DNA from: Vicugna vicugna
Lineage: Eukaryota
Reading direction: 5' to 3'
DNA: 64,000 nt
Assembly (NCBI GenBank): GCA_013265495.1
Contig: MU063893.1
Coordinates: 310,001-374,000, forward strand
Part shown: in pieces, positions 26,131 through 38,400 of the stretch
Layout of the letters: each line of letters opens with the position of its first letter
How positions within the stretch are numbered: position 1 is the first letter of the stretch
The notes under the pieces: generated by a model
Seen by the model: only the letters and a program-made list of their open reading frames with translations
The model's database searches: none
What the model was told of the DNA's origin: nothing
Made by a program: the position numbers and the translations under genes

Positions 26131-27236
26131 GAGAGTATATAATTAGTTACTGAACTATGTGGTTTCAAAGATAAGTACTTTAAAGCTTATAGGAGTAAGC
26201 AATAATTGAAGAAGACTTCTTGCAGAAGGTGTCAGGATGTAAGTTGATATCAGAGAAGTGGTACACAAAGTCCTCTGTAAGAAAAGTAATTTCCTTAAGT
26301 GACTTAGAACTTTCTTTTTTGTTTCCTGCTTGTTTCTTGTGTCTGCTTGTTTCTGGAGAGTCACTTGACCCCCACAGAATTAGCTTTCCCCCTGCTCCTT
26401 ACCCTGAAAAAGTAGGGTAAATGGGTTTAGACATGGCTCATAGCCCTTTCCCAAATAAAATTATATTTCTAAGTGGAGAAATACATACATTCTGTATCAC
26501 AGATCCCAGTAGAGAAAAACAGAGCAGAAAAAAGGAAGAAGAAAAGAGCTAACTAGAAGTTATTTTCACAGACGATGGGGAAGAAGACAGAGTAAGATTT
26601 TACTTTTTAGATTGGGAAAAACTAATCTGCAATGCCCCCGATAAAACAAAAACAAAATTCAACAGTAAAATAGTCCCACTGGCATTCTCAAATATTAAAA
26701 TGTCATTTTTTCACTGCCTTCAAATAAGGTCTATAATATCAGGGAGCAGATATTTGCTACATTGCTAGGAGTGCTATAATATTTCTATTTATTTTTATCT
26801 CTTCCTATGGGCTTCATTTTTGCAAGTTGGGGGAAGAAACATGTAAGATTAGTGCCCATAATACACGAGCCAACTGACAGAAACAAAACAAGAAAATAGA
26901 GTAGGGTGATTTATCCCCTGCTCTAACCATACTTTGAGTAGATCAGGAAAATCAGGGTTTCCAACACCTTTACCATGATGGTAGACCAGCACTTACAAAG
27001 GTGGCTCCATAGACTAGCTCCCTGAGTTGTTAAAGGACATTCTTTAGAATAAACCATTTCATCGTCAAATAAGGTAGGCAAAGTCACGCTCCCAAGTATT
27101 TTCTTGAGTCATTACTTACAGTGCTTAATTAAAAATGCTGCAGCCAAGAAACCATTAACGTAGCTCATTTCAATGTTTCTCCAAATTATTTGACCAGAGA
27201 ATGTATATTTTCATAGGATATGTATTAACATCTTGC

Positions 27237-27260
27237 TGTGTGTGTGTGTGTGCGCGCGCG
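27237..27260. repeat. (TG)8(CG)4 compound microsatellite
   Basis: tgtgtgtgtgtgtgtgcgcgcgcg read directly. Confidence 0.95.
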
Positions 27261-27384
27261 GCAAGTTTATGCCTTAGAGCATAGTTTGGGAGCACTGTGC
27301 TAAATGAATCAATAAACTTATGGGGCATTTGAATGGAAATAGTTGAAGTTTCCTGAACGTTCCAATAATTCTTTTACATTTTTG

Positions 27385-27725
27385 CATTTGTGCACACTGT
27401 CCCTTCTCCCTAGAATGACAGTCTATCATTAGTAATCCGGTCCACTCCCCTGCCCTGCTCATATGTTGAATGAGACCTTTTCACCTCCCAGCTTTAAAGT
27501 AGTTTCCTGTAGGAAGCCTTTCCTGTTACCTCAAGACTGCATGGGGTGCCCTGCCTCTGATCATTCCTAATAGTGTGAACTAGCTCAACATTAGCATTTA
27601 CAACTCTTTTACCTCTTTTTTCATTTGAAGAAATTGGTTGTGCCTTGTTCCCTATTGTAAACCTAGTGCCTCTCATAAGACCCTGTATGTGGGAAATGAG
27701 AAACATTTGGTAAATAGATGAGTGG
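27385..27725 (+). mobile_element. L2 LINE 3' end
   Basis: cactgtcccttctccctagaatg...taggaagcctttcctg...acatttggtaaatagatgagtgg. Confidence 0.65.
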
Positions 27726-28589
27726 GAAAAACAAAAACGAACAAAAAAATTTTTTCAGAGAAGCATATCCCCAGGCAGGTTTGGCTGATCAGGAAGAGAT
27801 GTAGTAAGATCCTAAGCAGAGAGATTTAGGGAATCAGAGTAAACCACAGCTTCCCTTTACCACTAGAAATTTATCCCAGAGCAAATGGGTATCACGTAAC
27901 CATTAAAATGATGGAATTGGTTCTAGGGGACATTAAACTCTTCGTCATGTGGACAAGAAAGCCCTTGGGATAATTTATTCCACACTTGCTTACTAATATG
28001 CTTTAGAGGGAAGCCATGTGCAGAGCTTCTTTTGGATTCCAGAGCAAACAGATGTTCTGTCTCCCACAGTGATGCCGAGCGACTTAAAGTTTTTTGTTTT
28101 TTGTTTTTCTCTGAAGAGCCAATAATAGTACACATAGTACAATAGAAACTTTATTCATTTTCATGGAAAAGTAACTAAACCAGTTACATCATCAATAGAC
28201 TGCAACATTTCCAGGAAAAAAATTCTATGAATGGGATTAAGAAAATGACCATCCTTGAGGGAAAGAAACTAGTGCTAGTGGATGCAGTCGGAGAATGAGG
28301 GGCATTGTTCCAGGGACCAAGTGGATTCAGGCCTCGTTGTGAGACCCACCGCTGCAATGGGGAATACAAGTCTCTCTCTTTAAATAAACTCAGATTTCAC
28401 CTGAATGGACATCTCCCTGTAAGTAAAAGTAAATCCAAAGGCTCATGTAGAGACCTCCTCTGCAGTCACTAATGTTCAGCACCTCAGAATCTCAGACCTA
28501 CGTGACAGTAGACTCCCACATAGTTTCTCAGCTTTTCTTTTCCCTTTCACTTTGTCTTAACAAATAATAGACTTCATGCAAAAGTTAAG

Positions 28590-28780
28590 ATGCCAGCCTG
28601 TGACCGACTCACAAACCTGCTCTCTCAGATGTTACTTGGGCACGTTTTCCTGGCCAGTTTCTCAGGTTACAAATGTGGAAAGCAGGGATGATAATAATAT
28701 TACCTACGTTATTGGGCATGATCAATATTAAATTAATTAGGTGCTTAGGGTAATAAGCATTAAGTGTTAGCTATGATTAA
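28590..28780 (+). mobile_element. MIR SINE remnant
   Basis: gttacttgggcacg...cagtttctc...gggatgataataatattacctac...taagtgttagctat. Confidence 0.7.
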
Positions 28781-30859
28781 TTTCATTGGTATTAATAATG
28801 CTAATATTTATCATTCATAAGGCAGTAATGTCACTCCCTCCCTCCTTTATTCAAAATCTAAGATCTTCCCAAATCTAAACTACTAACCTTGAAAATACTC
28901 TCTCATATCATACTTTGTATCCCACTGTTCCTTGTTATGCTTTCCAAGGGTCAGCATGGAGATTCCCCAAGTATCCTCAAACATGCTTAGCCCTTAGCCC
29001 AGCCTTCAGGTTTTGTACATATGGTTCCCTTTTCATAATATATCTTGTCTTCTCTCTGACTAGTCAGTTTCTAACCATTCTTCGGGGTCTAGTTTCAATG
29101 GAACTTCATTGAAAAAATCATTCCCCTGTCTTTATTTTCTGAACCAAACGAAACAACATTGTCACACACACGAACACCGATGTATATTTCACATAGATAT
29201 ATCTCAATACATTTATCTCAAAAAGACAAACAAGAACACTGTTATTCTTGAGTTGTTGAGGTGAAATCCACAGGTGAACATGTGCATTTCAACCATATTA
29301 TTTTTGACCCGCTACTAGGATTTCAGGGATTGCTAGAATTGAGTTTGAAAGCCATCTCTAATGCCTGCAATATCCTGAGTCATGATATTAATTTGTACCA
29401 ATATTTGTGCCAATCTCAGAGAGGATTACATTTCAGTCTTCCGAGAATGTTTCCAAGGAAGAACCTAAATCAACATCTTTGAGGTAGTTCCAGTGTAGCC
29501 TAATTTGTTTATCTTACATTCAGGAAATGTTGTAATGAGCATTTCCTTAAATTCCTTATGTAGTATTCCACCAGAAATGGCCAATATTAAAGTAGACTTG
29601 CTGAGTTATATGGGACTCAATTACTCTACAAATGTCATTGGATGAAGAACAAGTAAGGTTACATCAGTATTTTCCATATTTATATGACAAAGACCAGCTT
29701 TCCATTGAGGAAGATTTTTAACCAGTGATTTTACAAAATCTATAGCTTTTCCATAGTACAAAGTGTTAGAGGGGAGGGGGATCTTAAGAATAGGTTATGA
29801 TACCTCGTTTTTCTTCTCTTTTATATAAATGAATCCTCAACAAATACAAGTGTTCCATCCCTCCACAATTCTAAAAATAAATGAAAATACAATCAGCTAA
29901 TTCATGACTCATTTAGGCAGTGAAGGAAATGGAGACGATCACCCTTTCAACACACCCTGAACCCTCCCCATAACTGTTTCTTAAGTCCAGTTCATGTCTG
30001 TGGAAGTACCAAAGCACTTTCTTATTGGGGCAATTTAAAAAAATAAATATAGAATATCCTGCTCATTTTATTCCTCTAGGTACTCAATTTTTTTCCTCAG
30101 AGACTAAATTATTTATATTGATTATTTCCAGTCTGCCATTCATTCTCTAAAAAAGTCAAAGCAATGTGCATATGGATGCAGTCCTATTATCAACAGAGTC
30201 TGAGCTACAAGCTCTCACTCCAATGAGCTGCAAGGTCCTGGAAACAGGTTAGTTCAATTCATTGTGAACTGCTCAGCTGACTGCCAGATACAGACTGACT
30301 TCCTTCTTATGTCTTTGGTTCATCCATTAGGATATCTTTGGCCAGTTAGGATCAGCTATTTTTGCCCTTCCATGATTTGCCTGATTCTAATTTTGACAGT
30401 GTTTATCGTGTTAAAAATTTGTCTGAATGTCCAAAAACATTCAGCTAAGAAAATGTCAAACAGTGCTTCCCTCAATCCCTGGGGTGGGTCCGTTCTCGAT
30501 CAGGTTCAGTCAGGAGCATCTGCATAATATAAACCTTATCTGGGTCTTCTTTATCTATAGGGACCCTTTCCAGTTGTCCAGTCAGTACAGATTTTATGTT
30601 GTTCGAAGTCACTCTGATTGTATATGAAATACACACATCCTGTATTGGATTCAATTTGTTTATTAGGACATTCATTCATTCTTTCACTTATTGACTTAAA
30701 TTCTACCTCTAATCCTATGCAAAATATCCCATACCCTGGTATTGAGCTAAACCAAACAAACAGATAAAACCAGAACAAACCACACAAAAATGGTCTGCTT
30801 TTCTACTCGAGTAAATGCATCTTCAGTGTCCTTGACAGTTTCTTTCTCCCTTCAAGTAG

Positions 30860-30917
30860 TCTTTCTCTTTTTTTCCTTTCTTTTTCATCTTCTCCTTTCT
30901 CCTTTCCTCCTTTCCCT
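30860..30917. repeat. Near-pure polypyrimidine tract
   Basis: 58 nt of C/T with a single A. Confidence 0.9.
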
Positions 30918-31859
30918 GAAGTCCAGGTTCACAGCCCCCTTTCCTCTGTAGCCTTGCTCCAGACTAGCACCGAGGGACTGTGTTAGAACAGCAGATGCCC
31001 ACATTCAGAACCTTTTTTTTTTGCTGCAGACAACCATCCAGAGGTTTCCTCTCTTGCTTCAGATTCTTTCTAAACCCCTTCATCCCTAGCCTTCTGCTCC
31101 TTTCTTCTCTGACAGGGGCCATCTCATAGCTTACCCATTGTTGCCCTACATTTTGCATGCTTTGAAACCAGAGACTACCCCCTGCCCCTGTGCCATGCTG
31201 AATTAGAAACCAGAAGATGGGTCTGGAGAAAATTTCTTTCAAAGCTATGCCCAATCTCCCTTCTAGTTATCTGATTAATTTGCACCACTCATTGCACAGC
31301 CAATGTTCACCTAGCATGGTCCTAGCAGTTGAAGAAACAGACTTCAAAGCCACTCAGGTGGACACATCTGCCACTGCACTGCACAGTGACCACAGCCAAA
31401 TCCATGGACCGCAGGTAGGGCAAATGAAGAAACTGGACACAGGCGAGGATGCATCAATTAGGGCTACCAATGACTGTTTACAGGAGATCAGCCTCTTAAA
31501 TTTGCATCCCTCCTTTATTCAGTCATAAACAAATAGCCCTTTCAGGGGCCACTTAAGTATTCTCTTAAACACATTCAGGTTTCAGTAGGTCCCTCTCTCT
31601 TTCAGGGACAGTGTATAACACTCTTTACTGATCCCAAGAGTTTCAACATTTTTATTTCATTATATTTTTTTCACAAGCAAATAGGTAGGGAATAAAAAGC
31701 AGATAGATTCGTTTTATATTGTTTTTTCCCTTCTAGAATGAGAAGGAATATGTGTATGTATATCACACTTAAAAAATAAATTCACAAATATATTACTTAT
31801 ATACCTACATATATGTTATATATAGACACAAATCTATATATTCATTCATCATAGTAATT

Positions 31860-32103
31860 AACACTTATGCAATGCATATTGTTTAATGAAATATTCAAAA
31901 TGCTTTACATCTATCATTTCACATAGTATTTCTATCAAATCTATTAGCTTGGTACCACTTTTTCCATTTTATAAAAGAGGAAATTAAGACATAGGGATGC
32001 TTTGCAATATTGAAAGTCATGAAGTCAGGAAATGATAGATTCAGGATCTAGTCCTCATTAGTCTGATTTCAGAACTCGTTCCCTTGACCACAATGCTACA
32101 CTG
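31860..32103 (-). mobile_element. MIR SINE, nearly full length
   Basis: aaatgctttacatctatcatttc...ccattttataaaagaggaaattaagac...gtctgatttcagaactc...gaccacaatgctacactg. Confidence 0.8.
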
Positions 32104-32579
32104 ACTGCATATTTTACATATTTATTTCTATACGCATTACTGGAAAATCCATGCTGTAATAAATGATATTTACTTATGAATATTGCCTTCATCTATCTCC
32201 TCCCATTTAATATCTTCTTTACTTTTATTTAATATTGAAAGACATGAAGGAAATGTAGTTACTTAACTTATTCAAGGTCAAACAGTGATTAATGTCTGAA
32301 GTAGAATTCAAACATAGGCCATCAGGATCTAAGGGCTGTTACTGTCTCAGCAGGATACATGGTAAATGCAGACCTATGCAGAGCCAGATGCTTAATTGAG
32401 AAGCATTTTACATAATGAGAATAAAATCTACCTTGTCCTGCAAGCTCACAGCTAAAGATACACATCAGTGATCTCCACAGTAGTCTCATTAGCCTTTTGT
32501 AAGGAGTTCAAGTCCCTCTGCTATTTCAGGTTCACACTGATGATAAAAATGTGTATGTTATCTTTGACTTTTTCTCCTT

Positions 32580-33010
32580 CATCCCCTACGTTCAGTAATA
32601 CACTGAAAAACCTAGCATCTCTTTTCCATCTCTACCATTTCTGCCCTGGGTCTGTTCTTTGTCATGGATTCTTGCTGTGACCTGAGTACTGTTCTCCCTG
32701 CTTGGGTTCTTGTCCCTTCAAATGCATCCCCTGCTTAATGGTCTCGTAGAATTGCTTAAAATACAAATGTATTCATTATACTTCTTTTTTTTTAGAACCT
32801 CTCATCAGGTCTCCATACACTACAGCATAAAGTCTGAGATTCTTAAGCAGGACACATGACTGTTCCATAATTTAATTTCCTTCTAACTCTCAGCCACCTC
32901 TTTTCACCTTTCCCAGATTCTATTTTGCACTTCCAGCACCAGTGAACTTATATGCACTGCAATTTCTTGCCTCTGTAAATTTTCTCAGACTGCTCCCTAC
33001 CACATTATCA
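32580..33010 (+). mobile_element. L2 LINE remnant
   Basis: aaaatacaaatgtattcattatac...gcataaagtctgag...ctctcagccacctc...ctcagactgctccc. Confidence 0.6.
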
Positions 33011-34413
33011 TGCTCAAATTTAGTTCTTACAGAAAATTGTTTAGATGGGTAACCGTAATTATTCCATTTCAGAACATCGCCAGGCTACAGTTAGCTTTCC
33101 GTTGCTGCCATCTAGAACTCTAGAGGGGATTCACAGTCTCAAAGATATTTACACAGACTAACAGTCTTCTTCTGGTTTTCTTTTTCTCTGATGGAAACTT
33201 TTCCTCTGCCATGTATGCCTGATATAATTATATGCATAATCAATTTTCAGTGATGCCATGTGAGGGGAACTTGGCAAATACATTTTATCATGAAAGCAAA
33301 TCACAGTTGCTAACATTAACACATTGTATAGACACAATTTTAAGGTGCATAAAGTCACAATAACCCTTTGGAAATGTAGATATGTTAGGACAATTTGAAC
33401 ATAAGATACTCTTCTTATTTTAGAAATAGCAATTAATCTAGGTTGCCATATTAGGATACTTTATTAACCTCACCCTAAAGAGACTAACCACAGGCAAGAG
33501 ACAAGTTATGCATTAAGGTGTATCTGCTCTTCCAAGTCAAGTTGATTCCGTGTATCAGGAAAAGGGTCCATACACTACGTTAAGCATATTGCTTAATACG
33601 TCAAATTTTTCTGAATTTAGATAATTCTGCCTGATATCAACAAGCAAACCTCTCTTCTGGTTAGTACATAGGCTTTTGACCCTTATCTGTTGACTGCTAA
33701 AGAGATAAGCTTCATTTCGGCACTAAAGGAAAAAGGGACTTGTGGGGGAGGAGGAACCCAGAGGGACACGTGGCAGAGGCTGCCGCACTCAGAAGGAAAA
33801 GGCAGAGAGGAAGGAATGAAGAGCAGGGGGAGACACGGAGAAAGTAACGCTTTAAAAAATTCTACTGTTGGTTCCAGAGGTGGTAGATCACAAATATATA
33901 GCAATATGTATGTTTAAGTTCTGATTGATATATAATAATACATATGCAACCACACATAGAAAGCACAAAAAAACCTACTCTGAGTCAGCAAATGCTTACC
34001 TTACATGTGATGCTCATAGCTGATAACAAAACTAAGAGGAGTGAAAGAAGCAATGTATATCAGTTTGTCAGTATGTGTGGTGTCCATAGGCAAGGCAGTG
34101 TACGTGGATTCAGTAGACTCGGTGATTAAAGGCAGCCTAACAACTAAGATTTTGAACTTGCACCTCACCAATAATTTGAAATGTTTTCCCCGTATAATAG
34201 ATTGAAGTGTAATAAATACAGGCTTAATCTCTCTCTGCATTTCCTTAATTCAGGTGCACATTTGCAAATTTTCAAATTATTTCTAATAAATTTTACTGTT
34301 GGATTGGGCACAATATTAATTGTCTTCACAAGGCTTCAGTATCATTTTCTATACTCGATTATTCGTAATTAAGAAGAATGTTACTTCATTTGAGGTTGTG
34401 TTCATATCATCAT

Positions 34414-35319
34414 TGCATCAGAGTTCCTCAGAGAAACAGAGCCAAGAGGAAATAGACACACACAGCATTATGTATGGATTTCATATTTGTGAATTCATCT
34501 ACTTGCTAAAATTTCTTTATAACCCTCAAATCAATGCTTTTGGTGCTCTCATGGCATTTCCAGACATGAATAGAGCAGTGAAAAATTTAAGTTAACCTGA
34601 CATACATGTTCCCAGCTGTGACCAAAGAAGGTGATGCTCTGTCTTCTTCTGTCCTTTACTTGGTCCACTTAGTGTCACATTTTTCTCTTTTCTGGGCTTT
34701 TTGTGGTGATTTTGCTGCTTAAAATGATCCTCAAGCATAGTGCCAAAGCGCTGTCTAATAATCCCAAGTACAAGAAAGCTGTCATGTGCCTTATGGAGAA
34801 AATATATGTGTTAAGTAAGCATTGTTCGGACATAAATTGCAGTGCTGTTGGCTGTGAGTACTTCTCCCAGGAGCAAGGTTCAGTATTCACTAATTTAGTA
34901 TTCAAGTGAACTTTATAGAATATAACTAGCAAGAATAACAAAGATTACTGTACATCTCTGTCTGTCTGTCTGTCTAGATTTATTTTGCAGAATTGACTCA
35001 TGCAGGTATGGGGACCAGCAAGTATGAAATCAGTAGAACAGGCCAGCAGGCTGGAAACTCAGACAGGAGTTGATGCTGTAGTTTTGAGGCCGAATTTCTT
35101 TCTCTCCAAGAACCCTCAGTTATTGCTTTTAAGGCTTCAACTGGTTGGATGAGACCTGCTTGCGTTATTGACAGCAATATCCTGTAGTTAAATTTAACTG
35201 ACTATAGATGTCAACCACATGTACATAATACCTTCACAGCAGCAGCACCTGGATTTGTGTTTGGTTAAATAACTGGGTTCTGTGGCCTCCCCAAGCTGAC
35301 ACAAAAAGTAATCATCATA
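34414..35319 (-). mobile_element. MLT2 (ERVL) solo LTR interrupted by MER82
   Basis: Left end tgcatcagagttcctcagagaaacagagccaagagg and right end ccaagctgacacaaaaagtaatcatcata match the two ends of antisense MLT2. The body resumes after 34952. Confidence 0.85.
34463..34950 (+). mobile_element. MER82 (TcMar-Tigger non-autonomous DNA transposon), internally deleted
   Basis: atttgtgaattcatctacttgctaaaattt...gttcccagctg...aagaaagctgtcatgtgccttatggagaaaata...ttcagtattcactaatt...gattactg followed by TA. Encodes a decayed Tigger transposase N-terminus at 34724-34858. Confidence 0.85.
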
Positions 35320-35489
35320 GTTTTGTTAGATATTGATGAGCTTGTGGTGAGCCCAGTTCACTGAGTGGTGTTTTATTTATAGAAGCAAGTTGTAAGTATC
35401 TTCAAACAAACAGAGAGGGAGAGGGAGAGAGCGATGATATGTTTCTGGTCTGACAGTGAGCGTGGTCAGCTTGCATGATCAGGAACAAC

Positions 35490-35630
35490 AACAAAGTTTT
35501 GCTCTCAGACCCCCTTGGCTTCAAGTCTGAGCACCACCACGAGCTGACACTGGGAAACTTACCCATCTGTATGTGCCTAGTTTTCTTATGTATAAAAGAG
35601 AGGATAACAATAGTACTGCCCTTGACATCG
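35490..35630 (+). mobile_element. MIR SINE remnant
   Basis: ggcttcaagtctgagc...ctgggaaacttac...gtgcctagttttcttatgtataaaagagaggataacaatagtac. Confidence 0.7.
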
Positions 35631-36839
35631 GGCCTATCTGTTCTTTTTAACTATTCAAAAAAAATGCCAGCTCTTCTCAGCATCAGCTCCCTGGGGAGAG
35701 TGGAGAGAGAAGTGAGGCTGTGCATACACACAAACTCCCTCAAAGGTGAAGTCACAGCCCCTCGGCAGGCAAGTGGAGAAGTGCTAGGGACAGCCGTCGA
35801 CAGGAAAGCAGCCAATGCTAGCCCAGTGCCTTTCCGCTTGTCCCCAGAATAAGCCCACCTAAGAAGAGCATAGGAGTGGTGTAGATGCTAGGTTTTGACC
35901 GTATTTCATCAGTAAAGGAAAGCTCTCACATACGTCAGCCATGGAATTCTTACTCCAAAGTTCTGTGGTTAAGGAAATAGAATCCAAAAGCAGAAGCAAT
36001 AAGTAAGATGAAAGAAAAGACAGACCCCAGATGCTTTCTATAGCTGATTTTTTTTTTCCAAAAGGAGAAAGAGCTCACAAAGTCAGCCCACATAGAAGCC
36101 ACAGCCACCAACTGAAAAATGAAAAATTCAATTAGCTCATAAACACAATGCTAAAAAAATGGGTGTGATTACGTTTCCACTGTTTTGTTTAAAGGTTACT
36201 TGCTTCTGTGATTGTGGCAGTGCCACGTAAATGCAGAAGACTCGATCATGAAAGGTGAAATCAAGACCTTGCTGTTCCAAATGCTCTCCCTGCCCCTCTG
36301 AGTGTACCTGCTGCCGGGCTCCAACCCTTCCCTGACCTCCCCATCACAATGTGACAGAGCTTGGGGAGAATGAAGGAACATTCTAAAGCAAAAATAAACT
36401 TGTCATTTTTATAGTCAAAAGTGTCAGAGCTCAAACATCAATGGTAACTCAGAAGAGGCAGTAATGTGTTTTGTGTCTGCATTTACTGACATTTAGTGGT
36501 TATTCCATATGAAAGTTATTTGTGAGGTTCTCTTGCATTGCAGTTAAATTAATATTATATCTTTGGCTTAAAAAATACTATTTCAGCCTTGCTGGTCCAC
36601 ACCATATAAGCCACATCAATTCCTTATTTAATACGGAGGCATTTATGTCATTATACAATAGTCACTTTCCAAAGTGCCTTCTCCCTTCCAACATAGAGGC
36701 ATATTTAGCTTTACTGTCTTTACTCAAATAATCGTCATCATTATTAGCTTATTTTTCAAGTTATATGTGGTTAAAGCAAATATGCTAAATATTTTGGAAA
36801 AGATTTTTTAATTATTTGATAAAAACTAACTTAAGAATG

Positions 36840-38020
36840 GGGCTAGACAAAAAACATTCATTGTGCAACTAAAAATAAGTAAGTTCAATATTAGCAGTAT
36901 ATATACAAATATGTTTCATGTTAAGTATATATGAAGAAAACTACAAGACATCACAGAGAGACAAAAGAGAAAACTTGATTGAACTGATGGAAAGACTTAA
37001 TACTAAACAGTTGTTAATTTTTCCCAAATTAATTTATAACAGTCCAGTAAGAATTTCATAAGGAAAAGCAGTCCATAAAATACTCTAAAGTTTATATAAA
37101 AATAGCTTAGAAATATAGTAAATGTAATTTAAAACAGTACACTAGTAAATGACATTTATAATTAGAACTTTTTAACATACTACAAAATTAAAATAGGAAA
37201 GGTAATGTTGTGATACAAGAGTAAATTGGATAAAATAATGGAATAGAATGAAAAGCCCAGAAATAGACCTAAGTTTGTGAAAATATTTAGTAGATGGTAG
37301 CATTAGATACTCAGATTTGTGGAGAAAGTGTAAGTTATTTAATAAATGTTCCCAGGGTGATTATTAAACTATTTGGAAAAGAAAATCAATATTAGATCCC
37401 TTCATACCTCATTCTAAAATACAGTCCATATAAATTGCAATTTCAAGTATAAAATATGTGAAATTGCTAAAGGAACTTATCTTAAATATTTACTTATTTG
37501 GAGTGGAGAAAATCTCAATGTTTGAATGATACCTTAAATTTAAATATTAATAAGTATAATGCATGTTCAAAAATTCCCCTGTATAAAGGGCAAATAAAAA
37601 TGCCAATGAACAATAATATGAAAAATATAAAACTTCACAAATCAATAAAATAATGGCTAAAACCTCAAACTGATAGGATATTTTTATTTATCTCATTTAC
37701 AAAGTTATTTTTAATAATTTTTTTAACAGCTGTAGGAAAATAACATTATCATCAGTTGCTGGTGGGATTTTACTATCCAAAACAGCAAGTGAAGATCATT
37801 TTGGCCAATGATCCAATTTTCAGGAGTCTATCCTAAGAAAACAATTAGTGATCTATACAAGGAAAAAAAAATGTGCATGGAAGTTCATTGTATGTCAGAG
37901 TATAAAATGAAAAAAGACCTAGGGGGTCACAAAAAGAGGATTGTTTAATTAAATCATAATATGACCACAAGACTAAATATCGTGTACCCACCAAAATGAT
38001 GCATTAGAAGATTATCTAAT
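36840..38020 (+). mobile_element. Old L1 (L1M/ME) ORF2 C-terminal region
   Basis: Peptide trace WNRMKSPEIDL at 37239-37271 (compare WNRIESPEIDP), then gttatttaataaatg and ttagatcccttcatacctc motifs. A-rich sense strand. Confidence 0.8.
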
Positions 38021-38059
38021 GTCCATGATTATCTTTATTTGAACATGTTATCAGCCAGT

Positions 38060-38400
38060 AGATGTCAAAGGTCCTAAAGTAGGGCCCTCGAGGCCAAATC
38101 TGTCTACACTCGGACTTGTTTTGCTTGCATGTCAGTATTTTATAACCTTGAGCCAAGACTTAAGAAATTGGGAGAACACATATACAAATTGAATGTCCAG
38201 TGAATCTTCACAGTTCTGAACATCTGACAACTTTGTGACCATCATATCCCCACCTGAGCTGGGGCTGGACAGTGGAGTAGCTTCCAGCTACTCAGGGTCT
38301 CTTCTGCTCAATCTCTCCAAGGCTTCTAGTCATGCAGCTTGCTTCCCTCGTTCTTTCAGTTCCCCATCTGGCCCTACTGTGACTGTGACTTGATGTATAC
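38060..38400 (+). mobile_element. hAT-Charlie-type DNA transposon remnant; subfamily not assigned
   Basis: gggccctcgaggccaaatc...ttgttttgcttgc...ttaagaaattgggag...catctgacaac resembles recalled Charlie-family left ends. Confidence 0.55.

Noticed and set aside
31606-31684. 79-nt acceptor/donor pair as the orthologue of the short human 5'UTR exon
   Set aside because: The length fits, but the body is very T-rich and intron-like, the donor (GTAGGG) is weak, and I cannot compare it with the human sequence.
33577-33601. Small hairpin TTAAGCA-TAT-TGCTTAA
   Set aside because: A 7-bp AT-rich stem is expected by chance in 64 kb and is too short for a pre-miRNA.
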